NCBI GenBank assembly: GCA_040081795.1
Contig: JBEBFV010000001.1
Location: forward strand, 959-64,958
DNA length: 64,000 bases
From: Limisphaerales bacterium
Lineage (GTDB): Bacteria; Verrucomicrobiota; Verrucomicrobiia; Limisphaerales; SXTU01
Reading direction: 5' to 3'
Shown: piece by piece, positions 63,727 to 64,000 of the stretch
Layout: each line of letters opens with the position of its first letter
How positions within the stretch are numbered: position 1 is the first letter of the stretch
Translations under genes and position numbers: made by a program
Notes under the pieces: model-generated
What the model was told of the DNA's origin: nothing
What the model saw: only the letters and a program-made list of their open reading frames with translations
The model's database searches: none

Positions 63727-63999
63727 CTACTGCTCGATTACCCGGTAGTAGCGAAACGGGCGACTGGCGGCGTTGGTGTCATCAAAACGCAGCATCCCGT
63801 TGGTCAGCGAGAGGCCGTTCGTGTAGGTGATGGAGAGCCAGTTGGTCGGCGTGAGGTTCGTGCTGGTCTGAAAAGTGAAGAACGCCAGATCGTTCGTGGT
63901 GAGCAGGCCGCCGTCCTGATCGGCGGAGAGCAGGCGGAACATCCCGTTGGTTGCGACCGGCGGCTGGAGGCGGTGTGGCACGCGCACGCGGATGGAACC
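63727..63999 (-). CDS. C-terminal end of a protein continuing beyond the window (hypothetical)
   Basis: The reading frame is open to the window edge and ends ..FDDTNAASRPFRYYRVIEQ* at 63727. Confidence 0.4.
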   Translation of the reverse strand, partial: GSIRVRVPHRLQPPVATNGMFRLLSADQDGGLLTTNDLAFFTFQTSTNLTPTNWLSITYTNGLSLTNGMLRFDDTNAASRPFRYYRVIEQ

Positions 64000-64000
64000 G

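Overview
This is a high-GC bacterial chromosomal window. Its intergenic repeat families and gene content are reminiscent of Verrucomicrobiota/PVC bacteria, but that is inference only. All homology calls come from motif recognition in the supplied translations; no database search was run.

Layout:
- 1-8.5 kb: an RraA-like gene translationally coupled to two tandem paralogous RND efflux permeases and a TolC-like outer-membrane factor. Two large palindromic repeat elements occupy the intergenic gaps.
- ~8.9-44.6 kb: a mosaic accessory island. It holds a tyrosine integrase broken by an in-frame TAA next to an orphan tRNA 3' fragment, a truncated ATPase, an excisionase-like HTH gene and an IS630-like gene with a degenerate DDE triad. 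It also holds a Rep_trans-like initiator, duplicated plasmid/phage-like modules rich in a GTCTACA word, and an eight-gene tightly coupled operon.
- ~44.6-47.2 kb: housekeeping-type sulfatase and DUF72 genes. Each is bordered by an imperfect direct-repeat scar flanking a ~1 kb insert.
- 48.1-56.3 kb: a minus-strand RNA-repair operon (RlaP-like, Hen1, dynamin-like GTPase, Pnkp, RlaP-like).
- 56.3-61.4 kb: a divergent promoter carrying a CTGT-N8-ACAG palindrome, then lexA and a single 1439-aa ORF fusing a catalytically intact DinB-type Y-family polymerase to DnaE2.
- 61.4-63.5 kb: a small RHH / XRE-ImmA(IrrE) / DUF4411 module ending at a tRNA-like gene whose anticodon loop is replaced by a long hairpin.

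Best candidate for a new system: the eight-gene operon reads as a single-strand phosphorothioation module (sspB/DUF4007, sspC ATPase, sspD PAPS-reductase). It is followed by a nuclease-less DUF262 protein plus a SIR2 protein, then a DptFGH/SspFGH-like restriction trio. The AT-richer DUF262+SIR2 pair wedged into the ssp operon could be a phosphorothioate-linked NADase effector arm. No CRISPR array or rRNA was seen.
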